Source: Bdellovibrionales bacterium
GTDB lineage: Bacteria; Bdellovibrionota; Bdellovibrionia; Bdellovibrionales; UBA1609
DNA length: 64,000 bases
Assembly (NCBI GenBank): GCA_965199825.1
Contig: OZ241329.1
Span: forward strand, 2,400,001-2,464,000
Direction: 5' to 3'
Position numbers and translations under genes: made by a program. Shown piece by piece: positions 42,262 through 53,180 of this stretch. Below the pieces are notes generated by a model. The model had not been told where the DNA came from, searched no databases, and saw only the letters and a list, made by a program, of their open reading frames with translations. Positions within the stretch are counted from its first letter, which is position 1. Each line of letters begins with the position of its first letter.

Positions 42262-42516
42262 TTATTCGACGATTTCTAAAACGCTACGTTTTTGAAGCTT
42301 GGTGCTTGCAGCATTCAGAATGGTGCGCATCGAGCGAGCGGTTCTCCCCTGCTTGCCGATCACCTTGCCTAAATCTTCCTTTGCTACCTTGAGCTCAACA
42401 ACGGTGGTCTGCTCGCCAACCACTTCGTTGACCTCAACCTGGTCTGGAAGATCGACCAAAGCTTTCGCCATAAATTCCACAAGGTCTCTTAGATTGGTTG
42501 AATCCGAATCGCTCAC
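42262..42516 (-). CDS. khpA: KH domain RNA-binding protein
   Basis: [13 protein letters not shown]; between rpsP and rimM. Confidence 0.93.
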   Translation of the reverse strand: MSDSDSTNLRDLVEFMAKALVDLPDQVEVNEVVGEQTTVVELKVAKEDLGKVIGKQGRTARSMRTILNAASTKLQKRSVLEIVE

Positions 42517-42603
42517 ATCAACTCCCGTTGCTACGCCCTTAAATGACGTCTAATCTTCGCTTTACTGTATCGAATAAAACAAATGATAAAATATAAAAAA
42601 ATT

Positions 42604-42855
42604 TTAAGTTGAAGGATTTCCAGACTTTCGCATCAAGCTTTTGACTCGATCCGAGGGTTGGGCACCTTTTAAAACCCAAGCGTTATACCGTTCGGTATCA
42701 CACTTAAAGTCAGCCGGTTTGCCTTTAGGTTGGGGAGAATAATGTCCGATGACTTCGATCGACTTTCCCTTTAACCAACGGCGTGAATCTGCCACGGTGA
42801 TGCGGTAACGAGGTGTATGCTTAGAACCGAAACGTGCAAGTCGAATGACGACCAT
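42604..42855 (-). CDS. rpsP: 30S ribosomal protein S16
   Basis: MVVIRLARFG, YRITVADSR, GAQPSDRV. Confidence 0.96.
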   Translation of the reverse strand: MVVIRLARFGSKHTPRYRITVADSRRWLKGKSIEVIGHYSPQPKGKPADFKCDTERYNAWVLKGAQPSDRVKSLMRKSGNPST

Positions 42856-42909
42856 GTTGCCTCCAAAAAGCTGCAAGTACTAGCTTGATCTTAAAAAAAC
42901 AGCAAGCGC

Positions 42910-44253
42910 TTAAAAAGGAAATCGGCCGCCACCGCCGCCGCCACCAAAGCCTCGACCCATCCTCATCATCTGAGACATCATCTTTTTTGCGTCTTCGAAT
43001 TGTTTTACCAACTTGTTCACATCCGACACTTGGGTGCCCGAACCATTGGCGATTCTTAAGCGTCGAGATCCATTTAAAACTTTTGGGTCTTTGCGTTCTT
43101 GAAGAGTCATCGAACGAATAATAGCCTCAATTTTTTTAATTTCTTTATCGGGTGGTGCCATATTTTTTAGCTGTTTGGTCATCTGGCCCATTCCAGGAAT
43201 CATCTTCATAATCGATTCCATTCCGCCAAGTTTTTTCATCATCTGAATCTGACTTAAAAAATCCTCAAAAGTAAATTGATTGCGCGCCATTTTTTTAGCG
43301 GATTCTTTTGCGGTCTTTTCATCAATGACTTCTTGGGCACGCTCAACAAGTGTGAGCACATCGCCACGATCAAGCAGGCGCGAAGCCAAACGGTCCGGGT
43401 GAAAGACCTCGAGATTTGCGACTCTCTCACCCACACCCAAAAACTTAATCGGCACGCCAACAGTTTCGCGAATGCTTAATGCGGCTCCGCCTCGAGCGTC
43501 GCCGTCAACTTTTGTAAGTACGAGTCCGGTAAGGCCAATGGCATCGTGAAATCCCGTGGCGACCTCAACCGATTGTTGGCCCAGCATCGCATCCGCCACC
43601 AAAAGTGTTTCGGTGGGCTGAGCAATGTTTTTTAGGTTTTTGAGTTCATCCATTAAGGCTTGATCGATTTGCAATCGACCCGCGGTATCTAACAAAAGAA
43701 CATCAATGTGCTCAACCGCCGCCCATTTTAAAGCCGCACGCAAAATCCCTTCGGGCTGATCACCCGGTTGAGAATCAAAAACGGGTAAGCTATTTGTTTT
43801 TGCCAAAGTTTTAAGTTGGTCAATAGCCGCAGGTCGGTAGACATCCAACGGAACAAGTCCCGGCTTTTTATTTAACTTTTGTCTTAGATACAGCGCAAGT
43901 TTAGCAGAGGTTGTGGTTTTACCGGTTCCTTGAAGTCCCACAAGAAGCACAGTTGAAAGTGTGCCTTTGAATTCGAGTCGCGAGGTTTCTTTACCAAGCA
44001 CTTCGACCAATTCATCGTGAACGATTTTTACAAACTGTTGACCGGCAGTGATACTTTTTAAAACCTCTGAACCTAAAGATTTTTGCTTTACTCGTTCAAT
44101 AAAAGTTTTGACCACTTTAAAATGAACATCGGCTTCGAGCAGGCTCAATCGAATATCTTTGATCGCCTCTTCGATATTACTTTCGGTAATATGCGAGGTG
44201 CCATTAATTTTTTTAAACGTAGTTAAAAGTTTATCCGACAGTTGATCAAACAT
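42910..44253 (-). CDS. ffh: Signal recognition particle protein
   Basis: GLQGTGKTT, DTAGR, DGDARGGA, Met-rich M domain. Confidence 0.97.
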   Translation of the reverse strand: MFDQLSDKLLTTFKKINGTSHITESNIEEAIKDIRLSLLEADVHFKVVKTFIERVKQKSLGSEVLKSITAGQQFVKIVHDELVEVLGKETSRLEFKGTLSTVLLVGLQGTGKTTTSAKLALYLRQKLNKKPGLVPLDVYRPAAIDQLKTLAKTNSLPVFDSQPGDQPEGILRAALKWAAVEHIDVLLLDTAGRLQIDQALMDELKNLKNIAQPTETLLVADAMLGQQSVEVATGFHDAIGLTGLVLTKVDGDARGGAALSIRETVGVPIKFLGVGERVANLEVFHPDRLASRLLDRGDVLTLVERAQEVIDEKTAKESAKKMARNQFTFEDFLSQIQMMKKLGGMESIMKMIPGMGQMTKQLKNMAPPDKEIKKIEAIIRSMTLQERKDPKVLNGSRRLRIANGSGTQVSDVNKLVKQFEDAKKMMSQMMRMGRGFGGGGGGGRFPF

Positions 44254-44256
44254 CGC

Positions 44257-45042
44257 TTACCACCTCGCAAAAGAACTCTTTTTGAGAGTCAATAAACTTA
44301 AACCAAACATCAGAGCCAAAAAAGCCAAAGCCACAATGAGCGAGGTCACAATATCAACATCCGAAGCTCCGACAAAACCGTAGCGAACCCCATTGATCAA
44401 ATAAAGAAGAGGATTTGTTTGTGCAAGACTTCGCCAAAACGGATGAAGGGTGTCGATCGAAAAAAACACGCCGCCCAAATACAGCAGCGGCAACAAAACA
44501 AAACTTGTGACCGCGGACAACTGATCAAAACTTTTTGCCCAAAAAGCTACAGCGATTCCGAGTTGCGAAAAAGCCAGTCCGCCAATCATCAAGAAAAACA
44601 ATCCGATAAAGGGATGAGGCATTAAGAGAATATGCCCTTCGATCATTTGTAAAAATCCGCAGCCGACAACAAAAGTGGTCCCGCCCACAACTAATCCGCG
44701 AAATAATCCGCCTAAACTCATCGCCCAAATAATCTGTTGGTTGGTTAAAAGTGAAACTTTATAATCTTCTAAATCACCGGTAAATTTTGAGCTGACGATG
44801 CTGCTCGAAGAATTTTGAAATGCGTTATTCAGACAACCCATCATCACCAAACCTGGAATCAAAAACGACAAATAGCTCATGCCTTTTTGATTTTGCAGTT
44901 GTGAGCCAATGCTGACCCCAAAAATCAGTAAGTACAAACAGGAACTAATCAGCGGAGTAATCACGGTCTGAATCAAAACCTTTTGAAATCTTTTGATCTC
45001 GCGATGAAGAAGCGAGCAAAACGGAATAAAGCTTTTAGGCAT
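44257..45042 (-). CDS. ABC-2 type transporter permease (YadH-like)
   Basis: REIKRF, FLIPGLVMM, LYLGGVFFS, NPLLYLING.RYG. Confidence 0.9.
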   Translation of the reverse strand: MPKSFIPFCSLLHREIKRFQKVLIQTVITPLISSCLYLLIFGVSIGSQLQNQKGMSYLSFLIPGLVMMGCLNNAFQNSSSSIVSSKFTGDLEDYKVSLLTNQQIIWAMSLGGLFRGLVVGGTTFVVGCGFLQMIEGHILLMPHPFIGLFFLMIGGLAFSQLGIAVAFWAKSFDQLSAVTSFVLLPLLYLGGVFFSIDTLHPFWRSLAQTNPLLYLINGVRYGFVGASDVDIVTSLIVALAFLALMFGLSLLTLKKSSFARW

Positions 45043-45940
45043 GAGATCCTCTGACGATATGACGGAATGCATCTTCTAAGGTTCCCTCTTCGATTGCGAT
45101 ATCTTGGATTAACCGCATATCGAGAGAAAGTTCTGTTAACAGATCGCCCAATCCCCGTTCGCTCGGAACACGGAAGACCAACTCTGAGGCTGTTTGCTCA
45201 ACCAACCAAGGATGTTTGATCTGGCCCAATCCATTTTTAAGCTTAAGGCGAAAGGTTTTAAAGGTCAGTTCACGTACTAATTGTTTAGTATCGCCGGTTC
45301 GTAAAATTCGGCCGTGATCGATGATCGCAACCCGATCACACAATTGCTCGGCCTCTTCAAGATAATGAGTGGTCAGCAAAATTGAAAGGCCCTGACTTTT
45401 GAGTTCGCGTACAAAATCCCAAAGAATTTGTCTCAGCTCAATATCGACGCCGGCGGTGGGCTCATCGAGAAGTAAAAGTTTTGGCTTGTGCACCATTGCT
45501 TTTGCAATGGCGAGGCGTCTGCGCATACCGCCGCTCAGTTGTTTGACTTTTTTATTGCGATGTTCCCACAACTGCAGGCGTCGCAATAAAAATTCGATAT
45601 GTGCGCTTGAGTCAGTGACACCAAAAAATCCGGCATGAAATTTTAAAATTTCTAAAACATTAAAGTAACCGTGATTAATCAATTCCTGAGGCACAAAGCC
45701 CAAATAACTTTTTGCAAGTTGAGGATGAGTCACAACATTGTGACCAAACACAATCACTTCGCCCGAGGTGGGTTGTTCAAGTGTAACCAAAACAGAAATT
45801 AAGGTTGTTTTGCCCGCACCGTTTGGTCCGAGCAGACCCAAAATTTCTCCGGGGTGAACTTCGAGTGAGACATCCTTAACGGCTTGAGTCGACTCATAAT
45901 TCTTATTTAAATGTCTCAAGATGAGAGGGTTTGTGACCAT
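45035..45940 (-). CDS. ABC transporter ATP-binding protein (YadG-like)
   Basis: GPNGAGKTT, LSGGM, LLLDEPTAGVD. Confidence 0.93.
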   Translation of the reverse strand: MVTNPLILRHLNKNYESTQAVKDVSLEVHPGEILGLLGPNGAGKTTLISVLVTLEQPTSGEVIVFGHNVVTHPQLAKSYLGFVPQELINHGYFNVLEILKFHAGFFGVTDSSAHIEFLLRRLQLWEHRNKKVKQLSGGMRRRLAIAKAMVHKPKLLLLDEPTAGVDIELRQILWDFVRELKSQGLSILLTTHYLEEAEQLCDRVAIIDHGRILRTGDTKQLVRELTFKTFRLKLKNGLGQIKHPWLVEQTASELVFRVPSERGLGDLLTELSLDMRLIQDIAIEEGTLEDAFRHIVRGSHA

Positions 45941-46031
45941 GGTCCAATCGATTCGCAATAAAAACCCAATTTGTGCATTTTGAATGTTCAAAAGTCAATG
46001 GAGCCCGCCCAGTTTCGACCGATAAAGAAGG

Positions 46032-47002
46032 ATGACACCCAAAGACATGGTGCCGATTCCGATCACCGATTTTATCACTGCTCTGGCCATGCCCGTGGAT
46101 ATTTACGTGCGCTTGAGTGACGAAAAATTTGTGATTCTGTGTAAGGCCGGAACCAAAACTTCAAAAGAGCAGCTTGCCAGTTATCAAGAACGTGACGTTC
46201 ATTATGTGTGGGTGAGAAAAACCGATTACTACCGTATGTCCGGCCAAAGTATTGGTATCGCAGGTCTTGCGGTAAAAAGATCAGACATCTCACTCGAACA
46301 AAAAACCAGAGTTCTCTCGGTTGCGGCCAAAACGGTGTTTCATCAGTTTGAACATATGGGAATTTCGGTTTCGATGTACAACGATGCCCGCATGGTTTCC
46401 GACGCCACAATGGCTCTTTTGGAATCTCACAACAGCTACGGCGCTTTTTTTGAATCCCTCAAAGACTGCTCAGAAGAACTTTTGCGCCACTCCATGGCTG
46501 TTTCTTTTTTGTCGACCTTGATGGGAATTGCGCTCGGTTGGGAAAAAAATTGACTCTCGAAAAACTGACCCTCGGTGGTCTCCTGCACGACATTGGTTTA
46601 AGAACTATTCCAAAAGAATTGTTGGAGAAGTCTAAAGCCCTAATGACTCTCGAAGAAATGCAAATTTACGAGACTCACCCTTTCAGAGGCATGCAGCTTT
46701 TGTTGAGTTTGGGCTCGGTACCTGATGATGTGATTTCGATCGTGTATGAGCATCATGAAAATGCGCTCGGTCAAGGATATCCCCAGCGCATGCGAGATGC
46801 TCGCATTCATCCTCTAGCCCGGGTGGTGGGGCTTGCCGACTTTTTTGTTTCGCTCACCATTGCCAATGTGAATTGCCCTGAACCAAAGTCAGCCCGCCAA
46901 GCTTTAGAATATATCGAACATGTTTTGGGCCTGCCTTACAACCGCGAGGCCTTTCGCGCGCTCAAAAAAGTGGTGCTCAACGAAGTGATTAAAGCCGCTT
47001 GA
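46032..47002 (+). pseudogene. HD-GYP domain protein split by a one-base frameshift at an A7 tract (46543-46549)
   Basis: ORF1 ends ..RHSMAV..LGWEKN*; ORF2 continues in the -1 frame with LLHDIG, HP, HHE...GQGYP; one extra A fuses them. Confidence 0.85.
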
Positions 47003-47060
47003 TCGCAGCGACCGTCTAGAGGCTTGACGACAATTCGCCCCGTTCTGTATTCAAGTGCGT

Positions 47061-47960
47061 ATGACTTTGATTTTGACCTCCTTTTACAAATTCCAAATGG
47101 TTCAAGACCCCGAAGCCCAGCGCCAAAAAATTGAAGCTCTGTGCCTTCGACTTCACGCAAAAGGATTAATTTTAATCAGCGGCGAAGGAATCAATGGGTC
47201 GGCGTGTTTGCAAACAGCTCAACTCGAAGAATTTAAGTCTGAGCTCACAGATGATTTTGCCGATTTGGTTTTTAAAGACACTTTGGGCACACCATCGGCT
47301 TTTTTAAAACTCAAAGTCAAATTGCGCCCAGAAATTGTGACGATGGGAGCCCCCGATTTAATTCCAAAAAATAACGACAGCCATGTCTCACCTCAAGAGT
47401 GGCAAGAAAAGCTCATCGAGCAGCCCCAAATCTTGGATGTGCGAAATCGCTATGAGGTGGAAATCGGAAAATTTGAGGGAGCCAAAGATTTAAGCCTTGA
47501 GGACTTTGCGCAATTTCCCCAAAAATTAAAATCGGCAACTTTTGATAAAGATAAAGAAACTCTGATTTACTGCACGGGCGGCATTCGCTGCGAAAAAGCC
47601 ATTTTAGAAATGCGCCGGCAAGGGTTTAGCAAAGTGTCGCAATTGAGCGGTGGGATTATAAAGTATCTCGAAGAGTTCGGCTCAAATGGCAATTACACCG
47701 GTGAGTGTTTTGTGTTTGATTACCGAGTAGCGATCACTCCTGAAATGGAGCCCAGTCAAAAATTTCGTTTGTGTCCTCATTGCGGTCAGCCGGCATCAGA
47801 TGTGATCACATGTAAGATGTGTCAAACCCCACAACAGGTTTGCGAAGCTTGTGTAAAAAGTGATTTGAGTCACGAGACCTGCTCAAAAAATTGCGCTCAC
47901 CATTTTCGTCAAGGTCATCGGTCAAAAAAACGCCAACAGTTAGGATCTGCACGTTCATGA
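47061..47960 (+). CDS. trhO: Rhodanese-domain tRNA uridine(34) hydroxylase
   Basis: EGING, LDVRN.YE..IG.F, YCTGGIRCEK, CFVFD.R. Confidence 0.9.
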   Translation: MTLILTSFYKFQMVQDPEAQRQKIEALCLRLHAKGLILISGEGINGSACLQTAQLEEFKSELTDDFADLVFKDTLGTPSAFLKLKVKLRPEIVTMGAPDLIPKNNDSHVSPQEWQEKLIEQPQILDVRNRYEVEIGKFEGAKDLSLEDFAQFPQKLKSATFDKDKETLIYCTGGIRCEKAILEMRRQGFSKVSQLSGGIIKYLEEFGSNGNYTGECFVFDYRVAITPEMEPSQKFRLCPHCGQPASDVITCKMCQTPQQVCEACVKSDLSHETCSKNCAHHFRQGHRSKKRQQLGSARS

Positions 47961-48649
47961 TTTATATTATTTGTTTATTTGGATTTTTAAATGCACACGC
48001 CGATTGGAGCAATGATTCTGAAGCGGGATTGGTCATCGCCGGTGGAAACTCCAAAACCCAAACCTTAAATTTAAGACAGAACACCATTTATCATTGGGGA
48101 CCAAATATGTGGGCCCTCAATGCCCGATTACTGAAGGCTTCAAACAATGAGGTTGAGACCGCTTTTAAGTGGGGACTTGGTGCTCGTTACGAACGCGAGT
48201 GGAGCTCTTTGGTAAGCGGTCTGGTCAACCAAGATCTCGATTCGGATAAATTTGCTGGATACAATCAACGCTATGCTACCGATTTGGGTATCAAACTTTT
48301 TATTATGAAATCGGCGAGTCTCAATCTCGCCACAGAATTGGGCTTGCGTCACACCGATGAGCATCGAACAGACGATACCAATTTTGTTTTTAATTCGGCT
48401 CGTATCTATATCGAGGCCGAAAGAAAATGGGAAAAGCGATTCTCTGCTCGTTACTGGGTCGAATTTATTCCGAGCCTCACCCATTCCGACGAATTTCAGG
48501 TCAACACCGAGGCTTCTATAAGCTCGATTTTGACCGATGTGTTTTCGGTTAAAACCGCTTATCTTTTGCGCTACAATAATATTCCGAGCAGCATCACCGC
48601 GATCAAAAGTGATACGCTGCTCACCACTGCGCTGGTTGCTAAATTTTAA
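47957..48649 (+). CDS. DUF481 outer-membrane beta-barrel protein
   Basis: Signal peptide, W....EAG.....GNS, terminal Phe. Confidence 0.85.
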   Translation: MIYIICLFGFLNAHADWSNDSEAGLVIAGGNSKTQTLNLRQNTIYHWGPNMWALNARLLKASNNEVETAFKWGLGARYEREWSSLVSGLVNQDLDSDKFAGYNQRYATDLGIKLFIMKSASLNLATELGLRHTDEHRTDDTNFVFNSARIYIEAERKWEKRFSARYWVEFIPSLTHSDEFQVNTEASISSILTDVFSVKTAYLLRYNNIPSSITAIKSDTLLTTALVAKF

Positions 48650-48989
48650 TTCGGTTGAGCATACGGATAATTAAAAACACCGCAAAGGCGATAATTGTAA
48701 ATGAAATCGATGTGGTCACAAAATTTCCGATATTGATCGTCACCGCGCCTGCGGCTTGGGCATCGGCAAGTGTTTGGTAGGGCTTGCCAACTTTATCGCC
48801 CTCACGAAGTAAAATAAATATATTTCGAAAATCCACATGACCCACCAGCATTCCAATCGGCGGCATCATCACATCATTGACCAACGAATTGACGATCTTT
48901 GAGAACTCTGCCCCAAGAATTAAACCCACGGCTAAATCGAGAACATTGCCTCTTAAAGCAAAGGTTTCGAATTCTTTAAAAAAACCCAC
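48639..48989 (-). CDS. mscL: Large-conductance mechanosensitive channel
   Basis: FFKEF..FALRGNVLDLAVG, IVNSLVND.MMP. Confidence 0.95.
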   Translation of the reverse strand: MGFFKEFETFALRGNVLDLAVGLILGAEFSKIVNSLVNDVMMPPIGMLVGHVDFRNIFILLREGDKVGKPYQTLADAQAAGAVTINIGNFVTTSISFTIIAFAVFLIIRMLNRIKI

Positions 48990-50836
48990 TAGCGGCCTCT
49001 CTTCCAATAAAAATATTTTCGATACAAATAGTGTGCCTTTTTAAAAAATCTCAAACCTAAATCATCAGGAAAGATATTCACTCTGAATATGGCAAAGGGA
49101 TTGTCTTCTAAACGAAGTCCACCTGAATCGGTGGCGACTCCAAATTGATAGCCCGCCGTAAAAACTTGCTCTTCGTGGCGTGTGTTGAATTTTCCATAAG
49201 GGTAGGCAAACACATTGATTTTGGTTTGCAGATTTTGTTCCAGCTCTTGCTTAGAATTGGCAATCTCTTGAAAGGCCTCTTGGTCGGTAAGACTTAGGAG
49301 AGCACGATGAGTTCGGCCATGACTTCCGATTGAAATTCCAAGAAGAAGAGATTGTTTTAATTCCTCTTGAGTCATCAAAGGATGGGCGGTCTCTGTGGTG
49401 TGCTCACCTAGATCCCAATCATTATTGCGAATTGAAAAGTCAGACAAAACAAAAACGGTTGCTTTGAATCCCAGTCGATTCAAAAGCGGAAAAGCATTTT
49501 CCAGGTTGTCTTTGTAGCCATCATCAAAAGTTAAAACGATGGGGCGTTTAGGAAATTCGGCCAGTGATTTTTTACCAGTCAGAAAGTGTTCGAGATCAGA
49601 AAAATCAAGCGTTTCGAATCCTCGTTTTTTGAGAAAATTCATTTGTTTTTCGAATGTGTTTTTGGTGACAAAAATTTTATGTTGCGTTTTAAGCGGCTCA
49701 ATTGAAACCTTATGGTACATCAAAACAGGAATCCACCGATTGATTTTTTTTCCAAAAATATTTTGGTGGTAAATGCTTTCGATTTTCTTAAAAATCACCT
49801 CAGCCGCAAATTCTTGTTTTATTTTTTGCTGAATTTCCGCGTTGAGATCAATTTTATTTTTCATCAGATAAAAAAGATGAGGCACCAAAAGAACTTCGAC
49901 CTGCTCGGAAATCACTGCCGTGTCTCGATCGCGATCCGCTTTGACATCACCAAAATTCGATTTCAAACACTCGCTCAAATTGTCTGTGGTCACAAATCCA
50001 TGCAACACCGCCTCACCAAAGGCAAAGGTGGGAATGCCATAGCTCAATGCCTCAACCGCAATTCTTCCAGATGCACAAATCACATTTGCAATTTTAAATG
50101 CCTCATGAAATTTTTCGGTTGGAAAATAAGAAAGTTTGTTGGGATAAAGTTTTTGAAGATGAACAAAATGATCTTTGGTTTTTTGATCAAAATTTTCAAA
50201 AGCACCACCAGAGACAACCACATGAAGCTCAGATTTTTGTTGCAATAGACGGGGTAAAACTTCGCGAATCACCATTCCGATGCGCTCACCCTTAGGACCA
50301 GAAGTTCGACCGAGCAGAGCAAGCGTAAACTTTTGTTTAGAGTCAGAATCGACGGGTTTAAACTCTATGGGGTTACGGATAGTCACAATCTTTTTGGAAT
50401 CAAGACCAAATTCATTAGCCAAATGCTGACGGATATTTTCACAAACGGTGATCACCTGATCGCCATAAACATCATTTTTTTTATATCTTCCATGCCAATG
50501 TTGGCGACCATGAACGGTCGAAACATAGGGAACCTTTAATCCTTTAAGGGCATAGTGAGCGAGCCAACTTGCAGCTCTTGAATGGGCGTGAACCACATCA
50601 ATGTTTTGTTCTTTTACTATTTTTCGAATTCGTTTTAGATTTTGAAAGCGCTGCGTATAATTTCGATTATGAATATCGCAGCGAACAAAGCTCGCCGAGC
50701 ACGGGATATGAATTTCATCGCCCAGAAGTGTTACACTATGTCCGCAAGATTTTTGATGATTTGCCAACATCACCGCATAGACTTCGGCCCCGGTTAACTC
50801 GAGTTGGGACATAATATGTAGTATTTTTAGCGCCAT
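48989..50836 (-). CDS. Glycosyltransferase family 4 / polysaccharide deacetylase fusion
   Basis: GAE, VVHAHS, VSTVHG, VEAL..G.P; then PVLMYH, LTFDDGY, GSHG.TH, FAYPYG. Confidence 0.9.
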   Translation of the reverse strand: MALKILHIMSQLELTGAEVYAVMLANHQKSCGHSVTLLGDEIHIPCSASFVRCDIHNRNYTQRFQNLKRIRKIVKEQNIDVVHAHSRAASWLAHYALKGLKVPYVSTVHGRQHWHGRYKKNDVYGDQVITVCENIRQHLANEFGLDSKKIVTIRNPIEFKPVDSDSKQKFTLALLGRTSGPKGERIGMVIREVLPRLLQQKSELHVVVSGGAFENFDQKTKDHFVHLQKLYPNKLSYFPTEKFHEAFKIANVICASGRIAVEALSYGIPTFAFGEAVLHGFVTTDNLSECLKSNFGDVKADRDRDTAVISEQVEVLLVPHLFYLMKNKIDLNAEIQQKIKQEFAAEVIFKKIESIYHQNIFGKKINRWIPVLMYHKVSIEPLKTQHKIFVTKNTFEKQMNFLKKRGFETLDFSDLEHFLTGKKSLAEFPKRPIVLTFDDGYKDNLENAFPLLNRLGFKATVFVLSDFSIRNNDWDLGEHTTETAHPLMTQEELKQSLLLGISIGSHGRTHRALLSLTDQEAFQEIANSKQELEQNLQTKINVFAYPYGKFNTRHEEQVFTAGYQFGVATDSGGLRLEDNPFAIFRVNIFPDDLGLRFFKKAHYLYRKYFYWKRGR

Positions 50837-50944
50837 ATCGATTGACCTTATGGGAACTTCAAGTTCACGTAAATATAGCTTTTTAATTGTTCATAAGTTA
50901 TTAACCTTATGCGTCCATCCGACACTAAGATTTTACGGACAACT

Positions 50945-52252
50945 ATGACACTTATTTTAAATTTGGTTTTGTGCTGCTCAAAATTTGCGCTTGCGGCTTC
51001 GATCACCTGGCACCAAACCATAGACGAATCCTTTAGTAACAATGCTGAAATTCAAGCAGCAGAGCAAACATTGCGTTCGGCAGAACAAAATTGGCGCTCG
51101 CAACACAATGGGTACTTTCCCCAGCTTTCGGCCAACGTGGGCTTCACTCACGGCAATAGTGTGTCGCTCACCCCTTCGGCATCGACCACTTCTCCTAATG
51201 CAGTCGCACCTGCTTATGACCCAACCGCAAATGGTGAACCTCAAGATAATTATGTGGCGAGCGTGAATGCTTCACAAAATGTATTTGCGGGTCTTCTTGA
51301 TTACGGAAAAATTTCGGCAAGCCTTGGAACACTTCAAGAAAAGCGGGCGATCTTGCGTGAAAAAAAATCCTCGGTCAGTAAAGATTTGGTTACTGCCTAC
51401 GCCAATCTTTTATTATCGCAAAGATCAATCGAACTGCAAAAATCGATTATTCGCCGCAGAGAAGAAAATCTTCGCCTTGTTGAATTGAATTTTCAAACGG
51501 GTCGCGAAAATAAAGGCTCTGCTCTTTTATCCAAAGCCAATCTCAATCAAGCCGAGTTCGAAGAGCATCAAGCCGAAAATTATCTGCGATCAAGCTCTGC
51601 AGATTTAAAACGAGTTTTGAGTCGAGATTTGGATGATGATTTGAATGTGAGCGAAGATGTTCCAATCGAAACTCCTGCTCAACAAATGAAATACGAGCAG
51701 TTTGTGCCCTCAAACACGGATGTGCTCAAGGCCTCGGCAGCGGTCCAAAATGCTGAGGGAAAATTTTTGATTGCCCGATCTAACTTTTATCCTGCGCTCA
51801 ATTTAAGTGCGAGCTTTGGTAGACAAGGTTCAAGATTTTGGAACGAAAAAGAAGAATGGATTTTGGGATTTAATGTCACCATTCCAATATTTAATGGCGG
51901 CAAAGATTTGTTTGCCACTTTGGCTGCGCGAGCCGATGTGCATTCTGCCGAGCGCACAAAAGAAAACACCGAGCGTTTGACCCTTCAAAAACTAAAGTTC
52001 AATCACACAGGACTTCTTGAAGCGATCGAGAAATTAAAGGTAGACGAAAGTTTTGTTTCGGCAGCGACCGTGCGTGCGAATGTGGCGCGAAAGAAGTATA
52101 ATAATGGACTGATCTCATTTGAAGACTGGGACATCATCGAAAACGATCTGATTAATCGACAAAAAAATGTGCTGGTTTCGCAACGCGATCGGGCTGTGGC
52201 CTATGGAAATTGGCTCCAAGCTCAGGGTAAAGGTTTTTTTAAGGATGAGTAA
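50945..52252 (+). CDS. TolC family outer membrane efflux protein
   Basis: Signal peptide, YFPQL and FYPAL repeats, IPIFNGG. Confidence 0.9.
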   Translation: MTLILNLVLCCSKFALAASITWHQTIDESFSNNAEIQAAEQTLRSAEQNWRSQHNGYFPQLSANVGFTHGNSVSLTPSASTTSPNAVAPAYDPTANGEPQDNYVASVNASQNVFAGLLDYGKISASLGTLQEKRAILREKKSSVSKDLVTAYANLLLSQRSIELQKSIIRRREENLRLVELNFQTGRENKGSALLSKANLNQAEFEEHQAENYLRSSSADLKRVLSRDLDDDLNVSEDVPIETPAQQMKYEQFVPSNTDVLKASAAVQNAEGKFLIARSNFYPALNLSASFGRQGSRFWNEKEEWILGFNVTIPIFNGGKDLFATLAARADVHSAERTKENTERLTLQKLKFNHTGLLEAIEKLKVDESFVSAATVRANVARKKYNNGLISFEDWDIIENDLINRQKNVLVSQRDRAVAYGNWLQAQGKGFFKDE

Positions 52253-53180
52253 GAAAAAGAAAAAATGGGCCTTGATTGGCGCGGGCGTATTTGTTGTTTT
52301 GATTTTGTTTTTTTCACTGCGCTCGCCCTCAACAACTATTGTTTATCATGACTATCAGGTTAAAAGCTCGAGTCTTGAAATCACCATTCAGACCACAGGA
52401 ATCGTCCAGCCCGAAAATAGGCTTGAGATTAAGCCGCCGATTGCGGGTCGGGTCGAAACCGTTTTGGTCAAAGAGGGCCAGTTCGTTCATAAAGATGAGG
52501 TTTTGGCGTGGCTCAGTTCCACCGAACGTGCGGCATTGTTAGATGCGGCTCGCGCCGAGGGTGAGGCCGAAGTGAAGCGTTGGGAGGATCTCTACAAAGC
52601 AACGCCAATTATTGCGCCGATCTCTGGGACCATTATTTTGCGCAATGTCGAATCGGGCCAAACTTTTGCCAATACCGAATCTGTGTTCACCATGTCTGAT
52701 CGTTTAACAGTTAAAGCTCAGGTGGATGAAACTGACATTGCTCAAGTGAAGCTCTCGCAAAAAGCCCGAATCACCTTGGATGCTTATCCAAATGAAAATA
52801 TTGATGCTCACGTGGATAAAATTGCGTTCGACGCCAAAACTTACAATAGCGTGACCACCTATGATGTTGATGTTTTGCCTGAGGTCACACCGCCCGCCAT
52901 GCGCAGTGGGATGACTGCCAATGTGACTTTCTTAGTCACCGTAAAATCAGATGTTTTAAAAATTCCGAACGAAGCTTTAAAAATGCAAGACGGCAACCTA
53001 ATGGTTTTGGTCAAGGGCGAATCAGGACGAATTCCTACCATCGTTCAACTCGGTCTTAATGATGGCAAAACTTCTGAAGTTGTTTCGGGTTTAAAAGAGA
53101 ATGACACAATTTTAATTCCAGAAGCTAAAACAAAACTTTCAAAGCAAAATTCAAATCCATTTTTGCCGGCTGCGCATTAA
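52245..53180 (+). CDS. macA: Efflux periplasmic adaptor subunit (MacA-like)
   Basis: GRV..VLVKEG, APISGTI, VDETDI, GMTANV. Confidence 0.85.
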   Translation: MSKKKKKWALIGAGVFVVLILFFSLRSPSTTIVYHDYQVKSSSLEITIQTTGIVQPENRLEIKPPIAGRVETVLVKEGQFVHKDEVLAWLSSTERAALLDAARAEGEAEVKRWEDLYKATPIIAPISGTIILRNVESGQTFANTESVFTMSDRLTVKAQVDETDIAQVKLSQKARITLDAYPNENIDAHVDKIAFDAKTYNSVTTYDVDVLPEVTPPAMRSGMTANVTFLVTVKSDVLKIPNEALKMQDGNLMVLVKGESGRIPTIVQLGLNDGKTSEVVSGLKENDTILIPEAKTKLSKQNSNPFLPAAH

